Shown here piece by piece: positions 48,560 to 56,516 of a DNA stretch of 64,000 nt (positions are counted from its first letter, which is position 1; every line of letters begins with the position of its first letter). The stretch is from Vulcanimicrobiota bacterium (GTDB taxonomy: Bacteria > Vulcanimicrobiota > Vulcanimicrobiia > Vulcanimicrobiales > Vulcanimicrobiaceae). The stretch spans positions 576,001 through 640,000 of the forward strand of contig CAWETW010000003.1 in assembly GCA_963812155.1 (NCBI GenBank). Direction: 5' to 3'. A program made the translations under genes and the position numbers. Under the pieces are notes generated by a model. It searched no databases, was not told the origin of the DNA, and saw only the letters and a list, made by a program, of their open reading frames with translations.

Positions 48560-48800
48560 GCCGCAAAGGCGGTACATGCTAGAAGACGGCGAGGGAGCAT
48601 ACCCAGGGTGGTCTGTGACCGAGCCGGCGACGAAGCAGATGCTGCCTTTGCGGTCAAACCCTTTGGGCAACGGCATTTTCGGCTTATCTCGTTGTTGCAG
48701 CCTCGGTCACAGACTCCACGAGTATGCTTCCTCGGCTGCGCCTAGAGTTACGCCGAAAATGCTCGTTGCGATCGGTACAGCGACTTCTTCAGAGTTTCCC
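48523..48800. repeat. 278-nt long imperfect palindrome (structured RNA or MITE-like element)
   Basis: 19-bp terminal inverted repeats (18/19 match) and nested internal complementary blocks; detailed in findings. Confidence 0.75.
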
Positions 48801-48810
48801 TAAAACGATG

Positions 48811-49654
48811 ATGCGAATCGGGCTGCACGTGCGCGTCGGCGGCGGCTACGGGAAAGCGGTCGCGCACGCGAAGGCAACCGGCTGCAACGCGCTGCAAGTG
48901 TTTTCCAGCAATCCTCGCAGTTACCGTCCGAGTGCGATCGACGGCACGGCACTCGATGCGTTCGCGGAGATGCGGCGCGACGCGGGTATCGATCCGTGCG
49001 CCATCCACACGCCCTATCTCATCAACCTGGCCAGCGACGATCCGAAGATCTATGCCGGGTCGTTGCGTTTGCTGCGCGGCGATTTGGCCGCGGCGGCGCG
49101 CGGCGGAATGCAATTGGTGAACACGCACTTGGGTTCGTACGGAACGCGCGAGCGAGACGAAGGGTTCGTGGCGATTTGCCGCGCGCTCGAAGAGGCGCTT
49201 GCGGACGTAGCGCCCGGCGTTTTTTTAGTGTTGGAGAATTTCGGCGGGTGCGGGCAATCTCGCCGGCGGAACGCTCGAGGAGCTCGGAGCGTTCGTCAAC
49301 GCCGTCGATCATCCGCAGCTCGGCGTCTGCTTGGACACCGCGCACGCGTGGGCGGCGGGCTACGAAATCAACTCGGCGGCGGGCGTCGATCGATTCCTCG
49401 AGTCGGCCGACCGGCATATCGGCGTCGACCGTCTGCTGATGTTTCATTTCAACGACACGGAGGTGCCGCTGGGCGGAAGCCGCGACCGTCACTGGCACAT
49501 CGGTGAAGGAAACGTCGGGTTCGAAGGCTTTCGCGCGCTGCTGTCGCGTCCGGAACTGCACGGAAAAACCGCGATTCTCGAGACGCCCGGCGACGACGCC
49601 GACGATCTGCGCAACATGCAGACGATTCGCGCGATCGCAGCCGGCGCGCGCTAA
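48811..49654 (+). CDS. nfo: Endonuclease IV, frameshifted near 49240
   Basis: IGLH, HTPYLINLAS, H.GS, LEN(S)AG, CLDTAH, HFND, DRHWHIG, ILETP. Confidence 0.92.
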
Positions 49655-49663
49655 GCGCCGGCG

Positions 49664-49801
49664 CTACATCACCCGCAGATGGGGCAGCCGCATGTCGGAC
49701 GCTGCAAACAACGCGGCGTCGGCCCGCTGAACCTTCAGTCGCAGCGTGACGTCGGTGATGTCCGCGACGAGCGGCGTGGTGCGAATGGGATCCCGGAACA
49801 T
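49664..49801 (-). CDS. Unannotated 45-aa small protein
   Basis: GAGGA RBS and its own TTGACA-17-TACGAT promoter; MFRDPIRTTPLVADITDVTLRLKVQRADAALFAASDMRLPHLRVM. Confidence 0.6.
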   Translation of the reverse strand: MFRDPIRTTPLVADITDVTLRLKVQRADAALFAASDMRLPHLRVM

Positions 49802-49821
49802 ATTTTCCTCTTCGATGACGG

Positions 49822-49888
49822 ATGGTAACCTGTTACTATCGTACAGTGGTTATGGTAACTTGTCAACAACTTTTGATGGTGCTACAGT
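49822..49888. promoter_or_regulatory. Divergent promoters sharing one -35 (TTGTCAA), with ATGGTAAC operator-like repeats
   Basis: + strand TTGTCA-17-TACAGT; - strand TTGACA-17-TACGAT; ATGGTAAC-CT-GTTACTAT palindrome. Confidence 0.7.
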
Positions 49889-49895
49889 AGCCGTG

Positions 49896-50447
49896 ATGGA
49901 CGCCGACGCCGACAGAGCTCCCGGAGCGCTCGATCTCGTGCGGCTCTTTGTCAATACCTTGGACTACCCGGCGGGCCCGGACGCGCTCGGTACGGTCGAG
50001 GGAGCGGCGGAATGGTGCCGCGGTCATGGCCTGCCGCCTCCCTCGAACCGGCGCGAACTCGAACGGTTGCATGGTTTTCGCGAGGCCCTGCGCCGGCTGT
50101 TGGCGGCGAACAACGCTGCCGGCGAGCAGGCGATCGCTTGGGAGACGATGCGACCCTACTTCTCAAGCGCTCGATTTTCGCTCGCGCTGCGGCCGCCCCA
50201 CATTCCCTCCCTCGAACCGGCCGGCGCCGGAGTCGACCGGGCGATCGCGATGTTGCTGGCCGTCGTCTACGACGCGATCTCGGCGGGGACGTGGCAGCGC
50301 ATGCGCGCGTGCCGTAAGGAGTCGTGCCGCTTCGCGTACTACGACCGCTCGAAGAACGGCTCGCGCGCGTGGTGCAGCATGGCGGTTTGCGGCAATCGCG
50401 AGAAAGCCCAGCGCCGACGCACGCGCGAACGGCACGACGTCGCTTGA
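49896..50447 (+). CDS. ABATE/CGNR zinc-finger regulator
   Basis: LFVNT; RACRKESCRFAYYDRSKNGSRAWCSMAVCGNREK. Confidence 0.92.
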   Translation: MDADADRAPGALDLVRLFVNTLDYPAGPDALGTVEGAAEWCRGHGLPPPSNRRELERLHGFREALRRLLAANNAAGEQAIAWETMRPYFSSARFSLALRPPHIPSLEPAGAGVDRAIAMLLAVVYDAISAGTWQRMRACRKESCRFAYYDRSKNGSRAWCSMAVCGNREKAQRRRTRERHDVA

Positions 50448-51514
50448 CGCGCTTCGTCGCGCACTTCGACGTAGACGCTTTTTATGCGAGCGTCGCGGTA
50501 CGCGACGACCCGAGCCTGCGCGGAAAGCCCGTGGCGATCGCCGGCAGCAGCCGGCGTGCCGTCGTGCTCACCGCCTCGTACGAAGCGCGGCCGTTCGGCG
50601 TGCGCTCCGCGATGCCGCTCTACAAGGCGCGCGCGGCGTGCCCGCAGCTGGTCGTCGTCGCGCCCGAGATGGCGAAGTACCGCACCGTGTCGCGCGAGAT
50701 CTTTGAAGTGTTCGGCGCGCGCGGCCACGCCGTCGAAGGTCTTTCGCTCGACGAGGCGTTCGTCGACGTTGGTGACGGCGCCGGATTCGACGACGCGCGA
50801 GAACTTGCCGTGGCGATTCGGTGCGACGTCGCGTCGGCGACCGGGCTCACGGTCAGCGCCGGCGTTGCGGCCGGAAAAATGGTGGCGAAGATCGCGTCGG
50901 ATGCCTGCAAGCCGGACGGTTTGCTGGCGATCGCGCCGGGAGAGGAAACCGAGTTTTTGGCACCCCTGCCGGCCGGACGGTTGTGGGGCATCGGTCCGAA
51001 AACGCAACGGCGTTTGAGTGCGTTCGGAATTGAGACGATCGGCGATCTCGCGCGGCTCGACGACGCACATTTGCGCGAACTCTTCGGTTCGTGGGGCGAT
51101 CGGGTTGGGGACTTGGCGCGCGGTCTCGACCCGCGCCGCGTCGAGCCGGCGCGCGAGACGAAATCCATCTCAACCGAGGAAACCTTCGAGTACGACGTGC
51201 GCGACGAGCGCGAACTCGTCGCGATTTTGCGCGGTCAATCCCAGGAATTAGCCGAGAAACTCGAGCGCGACAACGCCGGAGCGCACACGATCGGCATCAA
51301 GGTGAAGCTTGCCGACTTCACGCTGCTCGGCAGACAGACGCACCTGGCCGAACCGACGCGTGCGGCCCGCGCGATCTTCCGCGCGGCAGTCCTGTGTTTA
51401 CGGCGGGCGCGGCTGGAAGGGGCGCCGGTGCGGCTGCTCGGAACGCGCGTCGCATCCATCGTCGAGGGTGCGCCGCTGCAAATCGGTTTGTTTGCGACAC
51501 ACGCGCCGAAGTGA
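50444..51514 (+). CDS. dinB: DNA polymerase IV
   Basis: HFDVDAFYASV, SYEARPFGVRSAMP, SLDEAF, AKIASD..KPDG, GIGPKT. Confidence 0.95.
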   Translation: MTRFVAHFDVDAFYASVAVRDDPSLRGKPVAIAGSSRRAVVLTASYEARPFGVRSAMPLYKARAACPQLVVVAPEMAKYRTVSREIFEVFGARGHAVEGLSLDEAFVDVGDGAGFDDARELAVAIRCDVASATGLTVSAGVAAGKMVAKIASDACKPDGLLAIAPGEETEFLAPLPAGRLWGIGPKTQRRLSAFGIETIGDLARLDDAHLRELFGSWGDRVGDLARGLDPRRVEPARETKSISTEETFEYDVRDERELVAILRGQSQELAEKLERDNAGAHTIGIKVKLADFTLLGRQTHLAEPTRAARAIFRAAVLCLRRARLEGAPVRLLGTRVASIVEGAPLQIGLFATHAPK

Positions 51515-51520
51515 GACGGC

Positions 51521-52489
51521 TCACACGTGGTCGGCGTGCCAGCACGGGTCGGCGCGGCCCGAATCGGCAAGCGCCGCGACGAGGCGTTTCCCGCCGGCGG
51601 TAAGCGGCGCCGCCATAAATGCAGCGGTTCGCCGTTTGCGAACGGTGCCTGCCGGCAGCCATTCGCGCGCGCCTGCCGGCGGAAGCCAACCCGCGATGCG
51701 CCGCAAATCGCCCGCGGCCGCGCGCAGCAGCGCGGGTATCGTCGCCGCGTACTCCTGACCGGCGCACCCGAACTCGTCGACGACGTAGACGTCACGCTCG
51801 GGTACGCGCGCGCCCAATACGTAGGCAGACACGCTGCGGCCGCGCCGCAGCACGAGATCGGTTTGACGCAAGCCGTCGGTGAGCGCCTCTTCCCGCAGGC
51901 GTAAGCGTACGTACGCCCACGTCGCCGTGGTGCGCACGAAGCTCGACGAACGCAGCCCCTCGCCGAACTCGTAACACCGGCGCACGCCGGGCCAATCGCG
52001 CTCGCGTAACGCATCGGGCCGGAGCCGCTGTGCGGGAAGTGCGTCGGCGCGCAGGACGATCTGGCGCGACGGCAGCGCGACGAACCCCAAGTCCGCGTAG
52101 AACTGCGGCGCGATGTCGGAGAAAAGAAACGCGGCATCGTATCCATCGGAGCGGCCGGCGTCGAGCGCCGCCGCCAGCATCACGCTCGCGTAGCCGCGCC
52201 CGCGATAGCGCTCCGGCGTGAAGACGGCGCCGATGCCGAACGTGCGCAGCTGCACCGAGCCGGCTCGCGCAGCCCGGCCGTAGCGCTTGAACGACGCCAC
52301 CATCCGCTCGCCGTCGAAAAGGCCAAACGTTCGATAATGGCGTTTGCCGTAGGGGCTCTCGGCAATTGCGAGCAGTTGGCCGACGTAGGTGTCGAAGTCG
52401 CGCCGGCCCGTCCATAACGACGCCGTTTCCGGCATCACGTCGCGCACGTAGCCGGCAATGGAGAGCCGGCGCAGCGTTACTCCAGCCAT
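51521..52489 (-). CDS. GNAT acetyltransferase (two-domain, Eis-like)
   Basis: GIGAVFTPERYRGRGYA, LFSDIAPQFYADLGF. Confidence 0.85.
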   Translation of the reverse strand: MAGVTLRRLSIAGYVRDVMPETASLWTGRRDFDTYVGQLLAIAESPYGKRHYRTFGLFDGERMVASFKRYGRAARAGSVQLRTFGIGAVFTPERYRGRGYASVMLAAALDAGRSDGYDAAFLFSDIAPQFYADLGFVALPSRQIVLRADALPAQRLRPDALRERDWPGVRRCYEFGEGLRSSSFVRTTATWAYVRLRLREEALTDGLRQTDLVLRRGRSVSAYVLGARVPERDVYVVDEFGCAGQEYAATIPALLRAAAGDLRRIAGWLPPAGAREWLPAGTVRKRRTAAFMAAPLTAGGKRLVAALADSGRADPCWHADHV

Positions 52490-54594
52490 TGCGTACCCGG
52501 CAGTTGCGCGCGGCGCAAGTCTTCGAGAAACTCCGGCGCGGCGACGCCCTTGGTCGGCTTCTGCGAAGCCGTGACGAGCGCGCAAACGCGTGCGCGCCGC
52601 AAGGCGTAGGCGAAGAGTTCTCGCTCGCGCTGGTTGTAGCGTTCGTTCGTCTTATTCCGATGAATGTAGTAACTGAACTTTGCCGTGCGCGATGCGCGGG
52701 CGTCGCCCGCATTTTCCTTGGGAATCATGCCGAGCCGCGGACTGTAGAGAAACGCGTCGGGCGAGTACCACCGCGGAAAGGCGCCGGCGCGCACGTCGGC
52801 CACCGCAACGCGATCGAATTCGCGACCGCGCGCGGCGTCGACGCTCAGCAGTCGCACGCCGTGCGCGCCGCCGTCGTCTTCGCAGGCCTCGAGATCGCTC
52901 GTCATGCGGCGCTGCGCGTACTCCAAAATTTCCTCCGTCGTCGCGCCGCCGCTTTCGCGCGAAAAGGAACTCAGACGCGCGATCAGCCGCTGGAGCACCA
53001 GTTGCTGCGCCGCCGCTCGCGCGGAGCCGGCCACGCCGTCGCGCGCGAGCCCCTCTCGCCAGACGACCCGTGCAAAGCGTTCGAACGGCAGATCGCGCAG
53101 CGCGATTAACCAACCCTCGCGCAGCGACCTGAAGCGCCCAAGCCGCGCGCGTGCCTCCGGCGTCAGCTGCGCGTCCTGCTCTGCGCGAACGACGTTCCAT
53201 CCGAGCCGCAAGTCGCGCTTTGGATCCCAGCGCGTCGCACGAGTTGTCGGCGCGGGATCGTCGTCGAAGACGAAGAGCGGCGTCTGCGGATGCGGCGGTT
53301 CGGTGCAGAGTAAGGCTAGCGAGGCGTCGGAGAGGGCCAACGCCGGATTGCCCAGCGTGCGCAGCATCCAATCGTGACGAAAGGGATCGACCACGTTCCA
53401 CAACAGCGCGATCGCATCCAGCGCACGGCGGTCGGCGAAAACGTTCGCGTCGCCCCCCGTGACGACGTTCACGCCGCGGTCGAGCAGCGCAGATTCGTAG
53501 ATTTCGGCGTGGCGGATCGAGCGCAAGAGGACGGCGACGCGTTCGGGCGGCGTTCCCTCGTCAAGCCACTCGCGCACGTGCCGCGCAACAAACGACGCCT
53601 CCGCGGCTCGCGAGGCCGCGCGATGCAGAAAAAGACGCGGCTCGACGTTCTCCGCAGGCACCGTTCGAACGCCGATCAGCCGCCGGCAGGCGATTTCGAT
53701 CGCGACCGGCGAGCGGTGCTGCTGCTCGAACGCGAAGTGCGCGGCGCCTTCGACGCTCGTAGCGCCGCACAGGGTCACACCGGCGAGGCGCGCGCCGAAA
53801 ATTTCGCGCAGCAATTGCAACTCGCCCGGCGTTGCCTCGGCCGCGTCGTCCACTAACGCGAAAGCGTGCCTCGCCCGCAACCGCTCGCAGCGAGCGGTGT
53901 CGCTGCGCAACGTTGCCACCGCCAGCGCAACCGCATCGCGTGCCGTGAGCCGCCGGCCGGCGGCGATGAGGTCGCAATAGCGCGTGTAGAGTTTGGCGAG
54001 AATCTTCGCGAGGTCGACTTCCCGCCGGTACTGGCGGCGCAGTTCGGCCGGCGTGACGTCGAGCGAGTCGTGGTATGCGCCCTTGACGCCGGCGAGCAGT
54101 GCGGGATCGGCGAAATTCGGCGGCCGGCCGTAAAACTCGGTCGCGCCGGAGAGTGAGCGCGCGAGAAATTCCTGCGGTTCTACCAGTGCGTCGCGCAACC
54201 GCCGGATGAGGCGAAATGCCGACGAAAGAAAACGGCTCGGCGAACGCAGCCCGGGAACCTCCGGATCGAGTTGTTCGGCGGCGAGCTCGTCCCATTCCAG
54301 CGCGAAGAGCGGCGCGCACGCACTCGCAAAGATGGCTTCGGCTTCGACGTCGTCGACGAGGGTGACGGGCGCGCCGGCATCGGCCAGAATGCCGGCGGCA
54401 AACGAGCCGAAACCGTGCGTTTGCGGAAACGACAACGGCTCGGCGGCGGGATGCAGCGCTCGCATGCGGTCCCGGCGCGCCGCGAGCGCGACGCTCTTAC
54501 CCGTTCCCGGCGCGCCGGAGATCGTCACGCAAATGTCGAGCGGAGCTTCGACGGCGCGGCACTGCTCGCCGGCGAGCGCGCTCGAAGCGATCAC
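52477..54594 (-). CDS. Degenerate UvrD/AddA-like superfamily 1 helicase
   Basis: SGAPGTGKS, LVDDAAE, VAVLLRS, SVDAARGREF, ERELFAYALRRAR; GTGA overlap with the upstream nuclease. Confidence 0.8.
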   Translation of the reverse strand: MIASSALAGEQCRAVEAPLDICVTISGAPGTGKSVALAARRDRMRALHPAAEPLSFPQTHGFGSFAAGILADAGAPVTLVDDVEAEAIFASACAPLFALEWDELAAEQLDPEVPGLRSPSRFLSSAFRLIRRLRDALVEPQEFLARSLSGATEFYGRPPNFADPALLAGVKGAYHDSLDVTPAELRRQYRREVDLAKILAKLYTRYCDLIAAGRRLTARDAVALAVATLRSDTARCERLRARHAFALVDDAAEATPGELQLLREIFGARLAGVTLCGATSVEGAAHFAFEQQHRSPVAIEIACRRLIGVRTVPAENVEPRLFLHRAASRAAEASFVARHVREWLDEGTPPERVAVLLRSIRHAEIYESALLDRGVNVVTGGDANVFADRRALDAIALLWNVVDPFRHDWMLRTLGNPALALSDASLALLCTEPPHPQTPLFVFDDDPAPTTRATRWDPKRDLRLGWNVVRAEQDAQLTPEARARLGRFRSLREGWLIALRDLPFERFARVVWREGLARDGVAGSARAAAQQLVLQRLIARLSSFSRESGGATTEEILEYAQRRMTSDLEACEDDGGAHGVRLLSVDAARGREFDRVAVADVRAGAFPRWYSPDAFLYSPRLGMIPKENAGDARASRTAKFSYYIHRNKTNERYNQRERELFAYALRRARVCALVTASQKPTKGVAAPEFLEDLRRAQLPGTQWLE

Positions 54595-55922
54595 CGTGCG
54601 AAACGTTCGGGCGCGGAGGGCGGGCGATGCGCGCATGCGGTTGCATAGGCGCAATACTCGCAGGCGGCCGGATCGGCGGCGACCGAAAAATCGTGCAGGG
54701 AGCCGGAAGAGAGTTCCGCCCCGATCTCAATCATGCGCGTGCGTGCGCGCTCCAAATCGGTGACCGAGATCCTGCCCGACGGCGCGTCGGCGGCGCGGGT
54801 CTCCGTCACCGGTCCCGGGACGACCTCGAGCACGATCGGACGCACGTCGCGCAGCGCATCCTTGAGCGGGAGCAGCGCGAGCCGAGTCACCCGATCGCCT
54901 TCGGCGGTGCGGGCCCAGTAATAGAAAGGAAGCTGGAAATCGCGGAAGCGCCGGACCTTGTCGCGATACTCCGCGGCGCTCAGTGCGATACTTCCGGTCT
55001 TGTAGTCGACGACGCCCGTCCCGCCCGAACGCTCGTCGCGGTCGAGCCGGTCGATGTACCCGACGAAGGGATACCCGTCGAGATCCAGATTGACGGCGAC
55101 CTCGCGACCGACGACTTCGAACGGCGCTTCGCGCGCTTGCACGAGCAGCCAATCGACGTATCGCTGCGCCGTTCGGAGCGCTCGCCGCCGTTGGAGTTCG
55201 AACTCCACCGCGGTTTCGAAGCCCTCGCGCGTACGTTCGAACGCCCAGCGCACGCACTCGGCAACGCGCCGGCGCATCGCTTGCTCGTCGCTTTCGCGCG
55301 GACGCGGAAACTCGCCGTGAAAATCTTCGAGCGCGAGATGGAATGCCGTTCCATAGGCCGCGGCCGACGATCCCGGATCTTCGATCGCGGCGCACGCGTA
55401 GCGGTAGAACCATTTTCGCGGGCATTCGGCGTATGCGTTGAGCGCAGACGCACTGAAGTGCGTTTGGCGCGCGCTCACGCCCGACGCCGATTCCCGCTCG
55501 ACGGCGTCTGCTAGTTCGATCTCGCCGCCGGCGTCGGGTTCTGCTTGCGCGCGGACCGGACGCTCGAGCTCGAACGTTTCGGCGACGCTGGCGCGCAGCG
55601 ATGCGTCGTCGAGATCGGCAAGGCCCGCAACGCGCCGCGCTCGGGTCGCAAACGTCAGCGTCGCCTCGCGCTCGCTCGGCGTGATGCCCAGGCGCTGGGC
55701 GTCGATTGCTGCCAGCAGCGAGCCGGTGCGCGTCGCAAGCGTCGCGTATGCGGCCGCGACGTCGTGCGGAACTCCCGAGCACGGCGAGCGCAGCATCGCG
55801 ACCAGCGCCGGCGACGCGCCGGTTCGGCACCAGCGCACGGCGCTCTCGGCGAAGGCGCGAAGGGCCGTGGAATCCGCGAGCACCGTGATTCCGTTAAGAG
55901 ACTCCGCCAGGCGCCCCTGCAC
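54591..55922 (-). CDS. PD-(D/E)XK RecB-family nuclease with 4-Cys Fe-S staple
   Basis: FSASALNAYAECP, GYIDRLD, VVDYKTG, FQLPFY, CEYCAYATAC. Confidence 0.88.
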   Translation of the reverse strand: MQGRLAESLNGITVLADSTALRAFAESAVRWCRTGASPALVAMLRSPCSGVPHDVAAAYATLATRTGSLLAAIDAQRLGITPSEREATLTFATRARRVAGLADLDDASLRASVAETFELERPVRAQAEPDAGGEIELADAVERESASGVSARQTHFSASALNAYAECPRKWFYRYACAAIEDPGSSAAAYGTAFHLALEDFHGEFPRPRESDEQAMRRRVAECVRWAFERTREGFETAVEFELQRRRALRTAQRYVDWLLVQAREAPFEVVGREVAVNLDLDGYPFVGYIDRLDRDERSGGTGVVDYKTGSIALSAAEYRDKVRRFRDFQLPFYYWARTAEGDRVTRLALLPLKDALRDVRPIVLEVVPGPVTETRAADAPSGRISVTDLERARTRMIEIGAELSSGSLHDFSVAADPAACEYCAYATACAHRPPSAPERFAR

Positions 55923-55943
55923 GCGGCGTGTAACGGTCGCTCG

Positions 55944-56516
55944 ATGCGCCGAATCGTCGTGGGTATCAGCGGAGCGAGCGGAAGCGTGTATGGATACATG
56001 ACGCTACAGGCGCTGCGCTCGGTGGGCGGCGTGGAGACGCATCTCGTGCTGACGAGCGCCGCACGGCGTACGCTCGAGCTGGAGACCGAGATGACGGCCG
56101 ACGACTTCGAGGCGCTGGCCGACGTCGTTCATCGCGACGACGACTTGGCCGCAGCGATTTCGAGCGGCTCGTTTCTCACCGACGGCATGCTCGTCATTCC
56201 CTGTTCGATGAAGAGCGCCAGTGCGATCGCCTACTCGTTCAACACGAACCTGCTCGTGCGCGCGGCCGACGTCTGTCTGAAGGAGAGACGCCGGCTGGTG
56301 CTGGTCGTCCGCGAGTCGCCGCTGCATCTCGGACACTTGCGTACGCTCGCGCAACTCGCCGAAACCGGAGCCGTGATCTTGCCGCCGATTCCGGCGATGT
56401 ACGCCAACCCGCAAAGCGTGGACGACATCGTCGCGCACACCGTGGGAAAGGCGCTCGATCAGTTCGGCATCGCCAACGAACTCTTCAAGCGCTGGCGAGT
56501 CGACAGTGCTACGTGA
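55944..56516 (+). CDS. ubiX: Flavin prenyltransferase UbiX
   Basis: GISGASG, ISSGS, PCSMK, RAADVCLKERR, RESP. Confidence 0.95.
   Translation: MRRIVVGISGASGSVYGYMTLQALRSVGGVETHLVLTSAARRTLELETEMTADDFEALADVVHRDDDLAAAISSGSFLTDGMLVIPCSMKSASAIAYSFNTNLLVRAADVCLKERRRLVLVVRESPLHLGHLRTLAQLAETGAVILPPIPAMYANPQSVDDIVAHTVGKALDQFGIANELFKRWRVDSAT

Noticed and set aside
48531..48570. CTGAAGA as a hammerhead ribozyme core (viroid-like reading of the rod)
   Set aside because: No correctly placed stem II-GAAA on either strand.
48543..48803. 86-aa ORF between scpB and nfo
   Set aside because: Coincides with the palindromic element, has no recognisable motif, and is better explained by structure.
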